From the NCBI GenBank assembly GCA_951406725.2, contig OX597820.1:34596001-34660000 (forward strand): a DNA stretch of 64,000 nucleotides. The letters are read 5' to 3'. Made by a program: the position numbers and the translations under genes. The notes under the pieces are model-generated. The model saw only the letters and a list, made by a program, of their open reading frames with translations. It made no database searches and was not told where the DNA came from. This stretch comes from Octopus vulgaris. Taxonomy: Eukaryota. This document shows positions 12,441-25,954 of this stretch, one piece after another. Every line of letters starts with the position of its first letter. Within the stretch, counting starts at the first letter, position 1.

Positions 12441-13691
12441 GTGGCTCAAAGCCAGTCAGTGCAAAGGGTAATTTTATTTCATTGTTCCTGAATGAATGAA
12501 AAATTAAAGTCGACCTCAGCAGCATTTGAAACCAAAACTTAAGGAGCCAGAAAAAATAACTGTAAGCATTTTTATCTGGCGTGCTAACGATTCTGTCAGT
12601 TCGTGGCCTTTAGTTTAAAGTAATATTGGTTTCAGATTTCGGCAAAAGGGCAGCAATTTCGGGAAGTGAGTAAGTGAGTAAGTCTATTACATCGATCCCA
12701 GTGCTCAAATGGTACTTAATTTATCGATCCCGATAGGATGAAAGGCAAAGTCGACCTCAGAGGCACTTGACTTCAGAACGTAAAGACGGACGAAATGCCG
12801 CTAAACATTCTGCCCGGTGTGCTAACACTAATCCAATATTAACATTCCCAGGTGCAATGAAAACGCATGAGACAAAACGTGTATGATTTGAACACAAAGC
12901 ATTGGCATAACGCAGCTGAAGGGAAGAAGAAATATCTTAGGACAATTTAGTGCGGAACTCGTGTGTTTCTGACATTTAATAAGGGTATGTGGGTGGGGGT
13001 ATCCTCGCTAACAAGCAGTATTAATTAACTGCTGTCAGTATGCCTACACGACTAACAAGCAATGTAAATTATAAAGCGCAAGTCGGTTATGTCGATGCAT
13101 AATTATTGCGTAGACAGAAAGTTTCTACTTGACTTGCTAACGTAAACACACAAGAAGCCAGTTTATAATTATCCGGCTTGAATTGCAGGGTCTCTTTTAA
13201 TACACTATAAATCTAATAATATACAGAATGATTTATATATTTACATCATGAATAGTGAACATTAGCGTCGTTAGTGTTGGATGTCTCTTTGACATGTACG
13301 TTTTGAATATTAGCGTCGTTGGTTCTGTGGTTTCCAACGAGCCAACCAGTCACTGGTTCACTGCATTCCCTGATGACGACAGTGACGAGGAAGTATCTAT
13401 GCTAGTTGTGCCGAATAAATACCACAAAGTATTTTTCACCGACGCACTGGTTTATCACATTCCTTACTCCGTGTATATCTTGCACTGAAACACATACATA
13501 CTCTCACGCATATATATATACCTACACACACGTATATGTATGAATATATATATATACGTGTATACATACATATACATATACACACGCTCACACAAATGCC
13601 TACATACATACATACATACATACATACATACATACATACATACATACATACATACATACATACAAACATACATACATACATACACACAAAC

Positions 13692-13805
13692 AAAAATACC
13701 CTGATGCTGATGTTGAAATTCTAATGAAGGAATCTTGGATCTAGGTTAGAAACCGGTTCTTTTTCCATTGGCAAGAAATCTTGAAATAAGCTGAATAATG
13801 ACACA
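13692..13805 (+). repeat. Short interspersed repeat with decayed hammerhead-like core (second copy ~29093-29205)
   Basis: ttgaaattctaatgaagg...ggatctaggttagaaaccggtt...ggcaagaaatcttgaaataa shared by both copies, each embedded in (TACA)n. Confidence 0.6.
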
Positions 13806-13840
13806 CACATACACACACATACACACACATACACACACAT

Positions 13841-13935
<95 letters not shown>

Positions 13936-15736
13936 TATATATACACACATATATATCATAATATATATGCATACATATGTATACACACACAGAGGTACAC
14001 ACACATACACATATCTATAGACATGCAAAAAAATATTCAATAGGTTTCATTCAAAAAGTTCTGGATGCCAAATTGTGATATCTCCGTAACCCCTAATTAC
14101 ATATGCGTAATAATAACAATAATAATCCTTTCTATTATAGGCACACGATTACATCGACCCCAGCTCGTAACTGGTACTTATTTAATCGACCCCGAAAAGA
14201 TGAAAAGCAAAGTCGGCCAATAATGAAATATTTCGTAAAGGATCCGTTCGTACCTCGGTGTGAAATAATTTTATTCCGCAGGTTTTTTTCATCTGCATTC
14301 AACGTATCTCGCTTCCAAACCCGCTGAAAATCACTTTTTTCCGGAAAAGAAAGGGGTGGTGGGGACCTCGGAGTTTCCAGAGAAACTCTGGGTTTCCCAC
14401 CAACGGGGTTTTGTTTCACGTTTTTTTTTCTTTTCTAGATTATTTCGCATACTTTTAACGAATGTAACATCGAAATCACGCGTAAACAGCTCCTTTCCCC
14501 AGAAAATGAAAAATTTGGTTGCTATTTCTAGCACACCCTGCTACCACGTAACGGCTATCCATTCTACTATAGGCACAAGACCTGACATTTTTGGGTAGCA
14601 GCTAAGTCGATTACATCGACCCCAGTGCTTAACTGGTACTTATTTCATTGGCCGTAAAAGGATGAGAGACATAATTCGACCTCGGCCGCATTTGAACTCT
14701 GAACACAAAGAGCCGGAAGAAATGCCGCTAAGCATATTGTCTGGCATGCTATTGATTCTGCCAGTTCGCTGCCCATTATCAAAGAAATCACCCCATAACC
14801 GATTATCAATATCTACTCTTGCGCTGAAGTCTCCTCAGAATCGATGTTTGTTTCTAGTCGGAACTATCAAAATGGCGTAATTCAGTTAATGGTAAAATAA
14901 CTTTTTTTAGTTTTGTCAACAACTTTTTCTTCATGCTATCGATCCCAGAGATCAAAATATAGTTTATAATCCAGAAGGATCATAAACAAAGTTCATCCTG
15001 GCGGAATTTGAACTCAGCACGCTTATGACCCTGTTTGAATAATATAACGCATTTCCTGCGACACTTTACCGACTCTGCCAAATTTACCGCCAAAATACAA
15101 CAACAACAATAATAACAATGCAGCAGCAACAACAACAACAGCAACAACAACAACAAGATAACAGACAATTCTACAAGAGACAGTCTATCGGAAGATGTAT
15201 TTTTAGTAAAGCGATATTGATAACGCTTCGCACGCTGATTGGTTAAAATTGTGTTTTACGTATCACTTGTTTCACCCAACCTCCCCCTCCTCTCATTGGT
15301 CCTTCATCCGTATAATTATGTAAGAGACGCTTTATAACTAGTTTGTAACAAGAGCAGAAATTTAGTCTCATTTACGTTTATCGTCTGTAGTATGTATGTA
15401 TGTATGTATGTATGTATGTATGTATATATGTGTGTTTGTAAGTAAGTATGTATGTATGTATGTATGTATGTATGTATGTATGTATGTATGTATGTATGTA
15501 TGTTAGTATAGGTGTATGTATTATATATGTATGGATGAATAGATGAGTGTACGTATGTCTGTCAGTAGGTTGTACGTATGTGTGTGTATATATATGTATA
15601 TATGTGTGTGTGTGTGAGTGTATGTGCATTTATGTCTATGTATATATCAATGATATATGGATGTATGCAAGTATGTATGTATCTACGTATCTATGTATGT
15701 TCATATATGTATGTCCGTAGGTTTGAGTATGTATAT

Positions 15737-15795
<59 letters not shown>

Positions 15796-16167
15796 GAATA
15801 TGCATATAGATTTTTAGGTATATATGTATATTAATGTATGTAGTTTATGTACGTATATATAAATGCATGTATATACGGATGTATATTTAATGTCTGCATA
15901 TGAATATATATATGCACGCATACGCACACACACATTCGCACACACACACAAACACATAAATACACACACACAAACACAAACACACACACACGAATATCTG
16001 TTTTCTTTGAGATGTAAATCCTTCATGAAATTGAAACTGCTCACGACCAACAAACTGCGAAGTTTTAAAGTAAATACTTTTATAAATATGATCTCCTAGA
16101 AGGTCGTGCCCCAGCATGGCCACAAACCGATGACTGAAACCACCAAATGATTTAAAAACTACGTGTG

Positions 16168-16202
<35 letters not shown>

Positions 16203-16390
16203 GTGCATACAAACAGACGTACATGCACACAGACAAACGCCACGTGTATGCATGTTAAATTTGTTTATAGTGGCAGACATGACGCCCCAGCTTCAAAAAG
16301 TAAAAGAAACCATATACATGGTGAGATAAACATGCTTATTGATCGATTTATGCCTTAAATGATAACAGAAACACACTCATTATATTATGT

Positions 16391-16486
<96 letters not shown>

Positions 16487-16564
16487 AAGCATATTACTCT
16501 ACCACTGGTATTTGAGTACTCTTTTTTCCACCTTGTTTCACATTTATGTGTTTACTCCGGTATG

Positions 16565-16623
<59 letters not shown>

Positions 16624-16819
16624 ATGTGTGTGTATATATACATTCCTGTACATATACACATAATATTCACACACACGAACATACACATATCTATATGGAT
16701 TAAATATTTCATTCGCTCCAAGACTTATCTTTGAGTTCTTTATGGCAAATAGCCGGCCATTCAGTACCATTATATGTGTAATCTAATATATAACATAAAT
16801 GTGTATGTGCGTGTGTATG

Positions 16820-16871
<52 letters not shown>

Positions 16872-17127
16872 CATACAAAGGGAAAGTTTACGAAAATAAA
16901 CAAAAGACGAAGGTAGGTGGAGTACAAACAAACAAATGTATTAGTATAGCGCTCAGACAATGTATTAGTATAGACAGAGAGAATAAAATCAGTGTGGTGT
17001 AAATGGTTCGTGGCCCGAATACAGTCAGTAAGATGCGTTGCTTTTTGTAAATAATAAATAAGCGATTTCCAAATGTATCGTGTGGATACAATCACCCAAC
17101 GCCCATACATATAAAAATATGAAAAAT

Positions 17128-17628
17128 AAATGCGCCCTTTTAAAGCCTAGCCAGGCTCATGGTCCCGGTTTCCCGGTTTCAATGGCGTATGTATTCCCCA
17201 GCTGGACGAGACGCCAGTCCATCGCAGCGTTACTCATTTTTGCCAGCTGAGTGGACTGGAGCAACGTGAAATGAAGTGTTTTGCTCCCGAACACAACGCG
17301 TCGCCCGGTCCAAGAATCGAAACCGCAATCTTACGATCATGATGCTCACAACCTAACCACTAAACCACGCGCCTCCACAAATGCGCCCTTTTAAAGCCTA
17401 GCCAGGCTCATGGACCCGGTTTCCCGTTTTCTATGGCGTATGTGTTCCTCAGCTGTACGGGGCGCCAGTCCATCGCAGCGTTACTCATTTTTGCCGGCTG
17501 AGTGGACTGGAGCAACGTGAAATGAAGTGTTTTGCTCAAGAACACAACGCGTCGCCCGGTCCAAGAATCGAAACCGCAATCTTACGATCATGATGCTGAC
17601 ACACTAACACTAATCCACGCGCCTCCAC
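17128..17628 (-). mobile_element. Head-to-tail dimer of a ~250-bp tRNA-derived SINE (family E)
   Basis: Two near-identical units starting aaatgcgcccttttaaagcctagcc at ~17128 and ~17378; minus-strand A/B boxes; related copy at 60775-61030 (+). Confidence 0.88.
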
Positions 17629-17734
17629 CGCCCATAGATATACGCACAAAAATAAGCATACGCACATCACACACACACACATATACGCACACAGACACAC
17701 ACAAACGCTTTAAAAAATGCGGTTATCTTCTTAC

Positions 17735-17944
17735 CTCTATAGTTGGCTGCATATCCATATCGTCATCGGAAGCCTCTCCGACCACGTCTGCCATTATACC
17801 GAAAGTGTCAACAGCGACACCGAGATCGCCAGGATAAAGCTGTAGCTTTTGGTTCGATTTATTCTCGACAATGTCAAAAATGGTGTTCGAAACCTCGTTG
17901 ATGTTTTCCGTAGTGACCCTCTCTGACAATAATAGCTGTTCAGC
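17735..17944 (-). CDS. Adhesion GPCR internal exon: GAIN subdomain A helices
   Basis: ttcttttctag acceptor, GAG|gtaaga donor; 210 nt, phase 0-0; AEQLLLSERVTTENINEVSNTIFDIVENKSNQKLQLYPGDLGVAVDTFGIMADVVGEASDDDMDMQPTIE; LYPGDL..AVD resembles the (I/L)Y.GD(L/I) GAIN motif. Confidence 0.9.
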
Positions 17945-18401
17945 CTAGAAAAGAATAGAAAAAAGGAAATAATAATAATTTGAAATTTTAGCTCAAAACC
18001 AACAGTTTTGCAGGAGAAGACTAGACGATTACATCTACCCAAGTACTCAACTGGTACTTCTTTCATGGATCCCCGAAAGGATGAAAGGTAACGTCGACCT
18101 CAGCAGGATTTGAACTCAGAACTTAAAGACGGACGACGTGCCACCAAGCATTTTGCCCTCAGTGCTAACGGTTCTATCAGCTCGACGCCATAATAACAAT
18201 AATAATAATAAGAAGAAGAATAAAAATACTATGTGTGTGTAGCAGGCGTGGCTGTGTGGTAAGAAGTTTGTTTCCCAACTACTTGGTTCGAGGTTCGGTT
18301 CTACTGCGTGGAACCTTGGTCAAGTGTTTTTTACTATAGCCTAGGGCCAGCCAAAACCTTGTGAGTGGAGTTGGTAGACGGAAACTGTAAGAAGCCCGTC
18401 A

Positions 18402-18447
<46 letters not shown>

Positions 18448-18816
18448 GAGAGAGAGAGAAAGGGGGAAAATAGAAGCTGAAAATGCACTGAGAATAGTTA
18501 AAATATGTTTTTATATTTAAAGATTTAACTGGTTTCACAGTTTACACTGATTTCCAAAGAATTGAAATAAAAAGACGTGTCTTATATCGCAGCTGTCTTG
18601 CCTCTGACTAGGGTTTGAAGATTGCCCTATTTTTATAGGGAGTTCATGGCTCAAATTAGTATATGTTTTGAACAGGATTTGTTGGGCAAGCTTCAAATAG
18701 TAGACAGAAGTTAGACAGCGGTTCGACAAAAAGAGACCGATAGAATAAGTACTAGACTTAAAAGTAAGTCCTGAGGTCGATTTCAAGGCTGTAGTAAAAT
18801 GGCTGAAACAAGTAAA

Positions 18817-19367
18817 TAGGTTGTCCGGAAAGTTCTGAGCGTTTTTAAGCCAAATCTTTTAACGCTGAAATGTAACGCAGTTAAAAATTTGGCGTTGCTT
18901 GAAGTGGTAGTGCGTCTCTTGTTTGTTCCTGACTAAGAATAGATTTATCTTTCATTTCGGTTACCCGTTATTGGCATTTGAAATAAATAACCAAAAATTT
19001 CATATTCGTGTTGTAAGACTTTTCTATTTAAAACAAGACGAGAAAATGCTGCAAGGACTTACAAAAACATTTGTGAAGTTTATGGTCATGGTAGACATCC
19101 GACTATCATGTTTTTGTCTCTACAGGATTCATTGCTAGGACAAATATTTAACGGTTTAGATGGAGTCAAAATGCATCTAGATACATTTTTTTTTCTTCAA
19201 AACCAGACAAATTTTATGCTGATAAAATATTTAAATTGCCTGATAGATGGGCAAAGGTCATTAATAATAATGGAAATTATTTCATTGAACAAAATTTATT
19301 GAAAGACCAATCAGTTATATCCCGTTTTGCATATTAAAAAACGCCCAGAACTTTCCGGACAACCTAA
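18817..19367 (+). mobile_element. Internally deleted mariner element
   Basis: TIRs taggttgtccggaaagttctgagcgttttt / aaaaaacgcccagaactttccggacaaccta; remnants of mariner C-terminus (SDYHVF.SLQDSL, LPDRWAKVINNNGNYF). Confidence 0.88.
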
Positions 19368-19418
19368 TACACACACACACACACACATACATATACATAC
19401 ATACATACATACATACGT

Positions 19419-19498
<80 letters not shown>

Positions 19499-20119
19499 GA
19501 CGGGTTTCCACACAAACTTCGTCAAAGGAATTCTTTTCACGCAAAGCATTGGTAATGGCCCGGGACTGAACCAGAAACCAGATATTTGCAAAGCGCTCAA
19601 AAAATGCTTCACCCAATGAAGTCTTGTTCAATTCTTTTTAAAGATCAAATAACCTACAAAAAACAATCTACAAAACCTACAAACCAAAGAATCCTACAAA
19701 ACAAAAGCAAAACGAACAACAGTAACAACAATGATAAAAATGTGCAGCTGCAATGTGCATCTGGTTCCACACATATTAACTGAACCAAAAAAATTCTTGG
19801 AGTTATAAGGAATTGGATGGTGATGTAGTGGTTGTTGGGTGTTAAAGGTTTTGGTTCGTTTAGTAACTTGACAGAAATTACGTATTTAGATTGAAGGGAT
19901 CGGATGAGTTTTATGTGTGGGTGGTGGTGATAGTGTTGTGCGTGTGGGGGTGGTGTGGGGGTGATGGTGGTGGTTGTGGGATGCGTGCGTCTAATGAAAA
20001 CACGATTTTACTACGTTTTAAAAGCAGATGCCTTTTGTATGGCGTCGAGAAACAAGCTTCTAAGAATGGATGCGGCAATCCTACCTTGTAGGATGTTACC
20101 TTCTGCAACCTTTTGTTTC

Positions 20120-20209
20120 TTCATCCATCACCACCATCGCTACCACCACCACCACCACCTACTACTACTACCTCTACCGCCACTACTATTATTACCACCA
20201 CTTCCACCG

Positions 20210-20261
<52 letters not shown>

Positions 20262-20335
20262 CACCACCACCACCACCACCACCACCACTACCACTACAAC
20301 AACAACAGCTACTACTAATTCTGCTGCTGCTCCTG

Positions 20336-20407
<72 letters not shown>

Positions 20408-20430
20408 TTACTGGTGCTGCTGCTATATTG
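20120..20430. repeat. Compound (CAC)n/(TAC)n trinucleotide tract
   Basis: Long acc/act runs. Confidence 0.95.
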
Positions 20431-20903
20431 ATGCAGTTCATGTTCAAAATTGCCTGATGGCTTCTCTATAGCAGTTAATTCAGCCCACCCTTCCCATTGG
20501 TTCCGTCCTGTCCGTCATGAAGTCACGTGGCTATATCGTTATTGTCGTCGTCATCATCATTATCATCACTGTTATCATCATCATCATTATTAGCACCACT
20601 AACACTACTATTGTTGTGATTATCATCCCTACTCTCCCCCCATCATCGTAAGCTCTACAAGCATATTGGTCATCAAATCGAACGCGAACATCGTATCACC
20701 ATCAACCCCTCCATCGCCATCACTGCCCTTGTCGCCGCTGTCACAATCGTCATCATCGTTGTCGTCGTCATTGTCGTCATCGTCGTTGTCATTATCGTCG
20801 TCTCCACCGCAGCCGCTGCTCTCATCTTCGTCCTCGTCACTGTTTAATTACTGACAATGCCAAATATATGAATTCAATTTGTAAAGAAAGCTAAGATGGT
20901 CAC

Positions 20904-21019
20904 CTTTTTCTTAATGTCCAGAAACTTCTTGTGGACACAGTTTGATAAGTCTGGTCTTCCCCAAGTAGCTCTGACATCTGGGACACTGTTGTCTTCGAAA
21001 CATTGCCTGGTTGCGTTTC
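20904..21019 (-). CDS. Adhesion GPCR internal exon: C-terminal half of HormR domain
   Basis: tctcttttgacag acceptor, AAG|gtgacc donor; 116 nt, phase 1-0; (G)NATRQCFEDNSVPDVRATWGRPDLSNCVHKKFLDIKKK contains the G-x-A-x-R-x-C...W-x-x-PDLSNC motif of latrophilin/BAI/CELSR-type receptors. Confidence 0.93.
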
Positions 21020-21562
21020 CTGTCAAAAGAGAAAATAAAAAGCATAACGATTAAGTACTTCAGCAGGAACAACACCTTATAAGAACCGTTTACACAATAT
21101 CTTGGCGAACGATCGGAGACCTGAGCAAAGCCCTGTATTTTAACACATAAGTGTCTTCGAGAAATTTACTCTAATACAAAACATTTCATCTAGTTGATGT
21201 CAGAAAAATTTAGAATCTTTGAGAGAACGTGAAATAATTCCTTTTGGAACGGTAAAGCTTGAAGCAAATAAAGCTATAAATAATAACGTGTAAATATTGG
21301 GTTAAAAACCAAAGGTTTTTTAATCTAATATTTATATGTAATTTTATCTGCTTGGAGTTTCTCCGTTCAAAAAAAATTATTAGAAATAGACCCGGTCGAC
21401 GTTGGTATATACATTATAAATATTATACACATCGGTATTTCTCTCTATGATGATTTCACGTGTCTATACTAATTTAATTCTAACTTGGTTAACTTTCGTA
21501 CAAATTAGTAAATGCTTTATTTCTCGATTTCTGTATCATAACAAACAAATATTTTCGGCTTA

Positions 21563-21646
21563 GCTCAGAACGCCCATGGTATCTGTCACTGAGGCGACAG
21601 AATTAAGTTGAAACACCGTGTTTGGCGATCTACAGGCGTTCTGAGT
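21563..21646 (+). ncRNA. Type I hammerhead-like motif with long stem I, in a degenerate ~310-bp tandem repeat
   Basis: gtca CTGAGGC gac-agaattaa-gtt GAAA CACCGTG TT tggc; distal stem I ctcagaacgcc/ggcgttctgag (11 bp); core has A9C. Confidence 0.6.
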
Positions 21647-22169
21647 TAATCACCGTATTTTTAAGGCTCAAGTCTCTTTGATAAATTTTCGCTGTGACAA
21701 AATATTACAATTAGTGCTGTTTCGTATTTATATACAAATTATAGAAGTGTATAAACACAGGTATTTCACTCTTATGATATTTCAGCTGTGTATATTAAAC
21801 TTTCGCACAAATCAGTAAATGTTTCACATCATTTTTTTTCCTACTTGCTTCAGTCATTTGACTGCAGCCAAGCTCAGGTACCGCCTTGAAGGGTTCTTAG
21901 TTGAACAAATCGACCTCAACTGATTTCTATATCGAAACAAGCAAGCATTTTCTGCTAGGCTCAGAACGTTCGAGGGATTCGTCACTGAAGTTGAAACATC
22001 ATCTCTGGTGAACCACAGGAGTTTTGATCAAAGTCCTGGGTTTTTAACTTACAAGTCTCGTTGAGAAATTTTCTCTCAGAGAAAACATTACATTATAATT
22101 GTTATACAGACCGATATTTTAATATGAGGCTGTTTTAAGTGTGTATATTAATATCGTTTTTTGTTTTTG

Positions 22170-22570
22170 TTTGTTTTCGGACATTAACAGCAGAACTGGA
22201 AAAAAGGTAAGAGCAATAGAGTTGAGATACTACAGACGGCTCCTAAGTATCTCGTATAAAGAACACGTAACGAATAACGAAGTGATAATGAGGAAAACCC
22301 AGGCTATTAGATCACATAAGGATCTGGTGACAATTCTAAAGACATGGAAACTGAAATGGTATGGCCATGTCGCAAGAAGCTCTAGCGAATGGAAGGTAGA
22401 CGAAAGCAATGCAGGACAAAGAAAAGATGGAATTGTAACATCAAAGAGTGGACAGGCTCAATTTCACCGACCCACAAAGGACAGCAGAAGATCAAGGGAA
22501 GTGGGGAAATCTGGTGTGACGTCATCAACAAATGCCTCAACGACCACGCGGTCAAGGAATACGGTAGGAT
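22170..22570 (+). mobile_element. RTE-clade LINE 3' fragment
   Basis: KVRAIELRYYRRLLSISYKEHVTNNEV...KLKWYGHVARS...EGRRK...KKRW..NIKEWTG is the characteristic RTE ORF C-terminus. Confidence 0.88.
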
Positions 22571-23201
22571 AGGATAGTCTGTTTTTAGCACAAAGACTTC
22601 ACTGGATTCCTTCGTGTCACATTCATGGGAGCAATAATATTCGTAAACGCTCGACCCGACAAAACACAAAACATTTCAAAATTATTCCTTATTAGTTTAA
22701 CTATTAGTCTCAATTCATTAGGTAAAGCCTGGTTTTATCTTATATTTTTATGAGAGCTTTGCAATAAGAAAACCATTAAAGATGAAGACAAGAAGAGGGA
22801 CGACGACGACGACGACAACAACAACAACAATAACAACAACAACAGTAACAAAAAAAGACGAAACAACGAAGCAGCAAACCTCTGGATGATACTCCTGTCT
22901 GTTAGAAGCGGCAGATAAATCCCTCTCATGTTTCACACAACCGTCTTAAATAAGGAGAGGTTACAGTATAACGTTGCCCTTCGGTTATTCAGAAATCCCT
23001 TTAGGATTTCAATAACATACCAAATAAAATGCTAAAGGGAATTTTGAATCGCTCTGAATACTTATTACAAAAAATAGATGCGGCAAAACCCCCGCTCAGA
23101 TTCACCATATATGATAAACGCGTCTACAGTAAGTGCACGATATCCATCAGCTCAGGCCCTAATATCATAGTAATATGATATTCACTACGTTATATGCCCA
23201 C

Positions 23202-23497
23202 GGGCATATGGCGTAGTGGTTAAGAGCGCGGGCTACTAGCCCCAAGATTCCGAGTTCGATTCCAAGCAGTGACTTGAACAATAACAATAATAATAATAAT
23301 AAGAACATCGAAAAATACCTTAGGAATGAGAACCCAGGTTCGAAATTTCCCCAAGACACCTGAAGAAGGCTGGAGGGTATATCAGCCGAAACGTTGTGTT
23401 AACAATAAACAAGATGAGGACAAATATCTGTCGAATGTAAATAATGTAAATAATGTAAATAAGGTACATAATTCTTCATCTCTTAAATATAGAACTG
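23202..23497 (+). mobile_element. tRNA-headed SINE carrying a minimal hammerhead ribozyme
   Basis: A box TGGCGTAGTGG (23209-19), B box GAGTTCGATTCC (23252-63), short (AAT)n linker, hammerhead at 23356-23399; possible TSD tatgatatt(c/t)act; 17-nt 5' inverted duplication. Confidence 0.75.
23356..23399 (+). ncRNA. Minimal type I hammerhead ribozyme (intact core)
   Basis: stem I acac/gtgt; CTGAAGA; extra A; stem II ggctg/cagcc with 10-nt loop; GAAA; palindromic stem III ACGT; GUU cleavage triplet ending at 23395. Confidence 0.75.
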
Positions 23498-23722
23498 TAT
23501 GATATTTACTTGCTTCAGTCATTGGACTACAGCCATGCTGGGGCAACACGTTGAAGGATTTTAGTCAAACCAATCGACCGCAAGTGCTTATTTTTTAATG
23601 CAAGACACTTATTCTATCGATGTCTTTTTGCCGAACCGCTAAGTTGTGTGGACGTAAACAGACCAGCTTCGTTGTCAAGCGATGGTGGGGAACAAACACA
23701 CACATGCACACACATACAGAAA

Positions 23723-23800
<78 letters not shown>

Positions 23801-24567
23801 ATATCATCATCATCATCATCATACCCCAGCATTGCCGAAATCAAATGACTGAAATAACTAAAAGATAAAAGATAATAGAAACCATCATTATTATTTGGTC
23901 GAGCTTGCTCGGACATTTTAAACCCGAACATGCCGTCCATCTCAATCCTATACGCACAGACACTCACACACACACGCACACACATATACTTTCCCTCTTC
24001 CAAACAAATTCGTCACCAGGCTTTGGTTGGCCCGGTACTATATTGGAAGACACTTTCCCAAGATGTCGTGCTATGGGACTGAACCCGGAACCATGTGGCT
24101 GAGAAGCAAGCATCTTACCACACAGCAACACTTATGCCTAACTGAATCCACCCCCCCCCCAAACAAAGAACAGAGCGTTACCGGTATGAAGACACAATTA
24201 CCACATCGCTAACTTTACTAGCGTTACACCAACGACCATTAAAATATTGGAGATTTTTCTGTCGCAGCCTGTATATATGTGATGCAAACGGGTTACAAAA
24301 GGAAATAAAAAAAAACACAACACAAAAACACACTCACGCAGTTTTCTGACAAGTACACCACCCATATGGCACCCGTATGTCTCCCGTATACCACCCGGTA
24401 AAGGCCGTTGCTTCTACATACCTTCTTCATCACACATAAAGCGAATATAAACAATGCAATTAACATTGAGAACCCTGGATGTGTAAATATCATCATTCAT
24501 GTTTGGTTGTTCTTGGCAGTTCATTGGTGGTTGGTATATACCCTCGCGCACACACACGCACACCACT

Positions 24568-24598
<31 letters not shown>

Positions 24599-24708
24599 AC
24601 AGACACTCACTCTCTTTCTCTTTCTTTTTTCCTCTCAGAAATACACACCTACATACACAGTATCCGAATTAAGGAACAGTAGCAATCAATTACCCACCTT
24701 ACACCCAT

Positions 24709-24749
<41 letters not shown>

Positions 24750-25261
24750 ACACGTACACAGAGATATAGACACACACACATAGATATGTACATACACACG
24801 CACACACATATGAATACACAATGTCTCAGATACATCATATATGAATCAACAGGATGAGTTTAGTGAGAGAGAGAAAGTATGAGTTTGTGTGTATTTTACA
24901 TACAAGTACACAAACTCATACTCTTTTACACACACACACAAAGAATAACACACGCACACATGCACATACACACATTCACAATCAGAGTAATCCATTGGAA
25001 TTATTAAGGAGCTGTGGCTACCAATTAATCACCTGCCTTATAAACACACACACACACACATTCATACATATACTTATACATACATATATGTACACATAAT
25101 ACATACATGCAAACACATATGTATATATACACGTATATACATATACAGTGACACAAATGTGTATGTGTGTGTGTGCGCATATAATGCACTCTGTGTATAA
25201 ATATATATATATGTATATATATATATATTCATATATATGTATGTATATATATATATATTTG

Positions 25262-25331
<70 letters not shown>

Positions 25332-25954
25332 CACACACATGCACACACATATACACCGACATACATAGTCAACTTTCATCAACGAATTGCTAACAAAAAC
25401 TAGTTTCATTGGAAACCCTCAAAAATACTAAATCATTCTGTAAGGACCATTCTGACGTGGACCATTAATCTTTGATGCCAGCCCTTGTAGCAAGATATAT
25501 ATTTAATTTTTTACTTTGTTTTAGTCACTATGTATATAATCATGCAGGAACAGCTAGGGAAATTAAACAGTTTTTTAAAAAACTTTTTGGACCGGTTGTC
25601 TTCTTTTTTAAATGGTTTTCTCAGGACCATTCAGATGATTCTATCGCTTCTGTCTTGTGCAATGTATAGTATAATAAATATTTATGATTAAGGCACAAGG
25701 CCAGCAATTGTGGGGATAGGCGGTGTGTAAATTGATTATATCGATTCCAGTTATTAACTGGTATGCTATTATTTTATTGCATCGACTCTGAAAAGGAACA
25801 GATATAAGACAATGTTGACCTGGGCGAATTTGAACTAAGAAAGTAAATGGCCGAAACAAATGCCGCTAAGCATTTTGTCTGACGCACTAAGATTCTGTAT
25901 ACACACTGGATATATATATATACGTATGTGTGTGTGTGTGTGTGTGTGTGTGTA

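Noticed and set aside
13240-13486. Complex sequence with a good minus-strand acceptor (tgtttcag) and + strand 77-aa ORF
   Set aside because: All three minus frames hit stops soon after the acceptor, and the + ORF has no recognisable motif.
23202-23275. tRNA-like heads of SINEs (here and in families A-E) as tRNA genes
   Set aside because: A/B boxes are present but acceptor stems do not close, and the heads continue into repeat bodies.
24338-24496. Minus-strand ORF MMIFTHPGFSMLIALFIFALCV... with a gtgagt donor, resembling a signal-peptide exon
   Set aside because: Ends in phase 0 whereas the 21019 exon needs phase 1; it would also interrupt the HormR domain.
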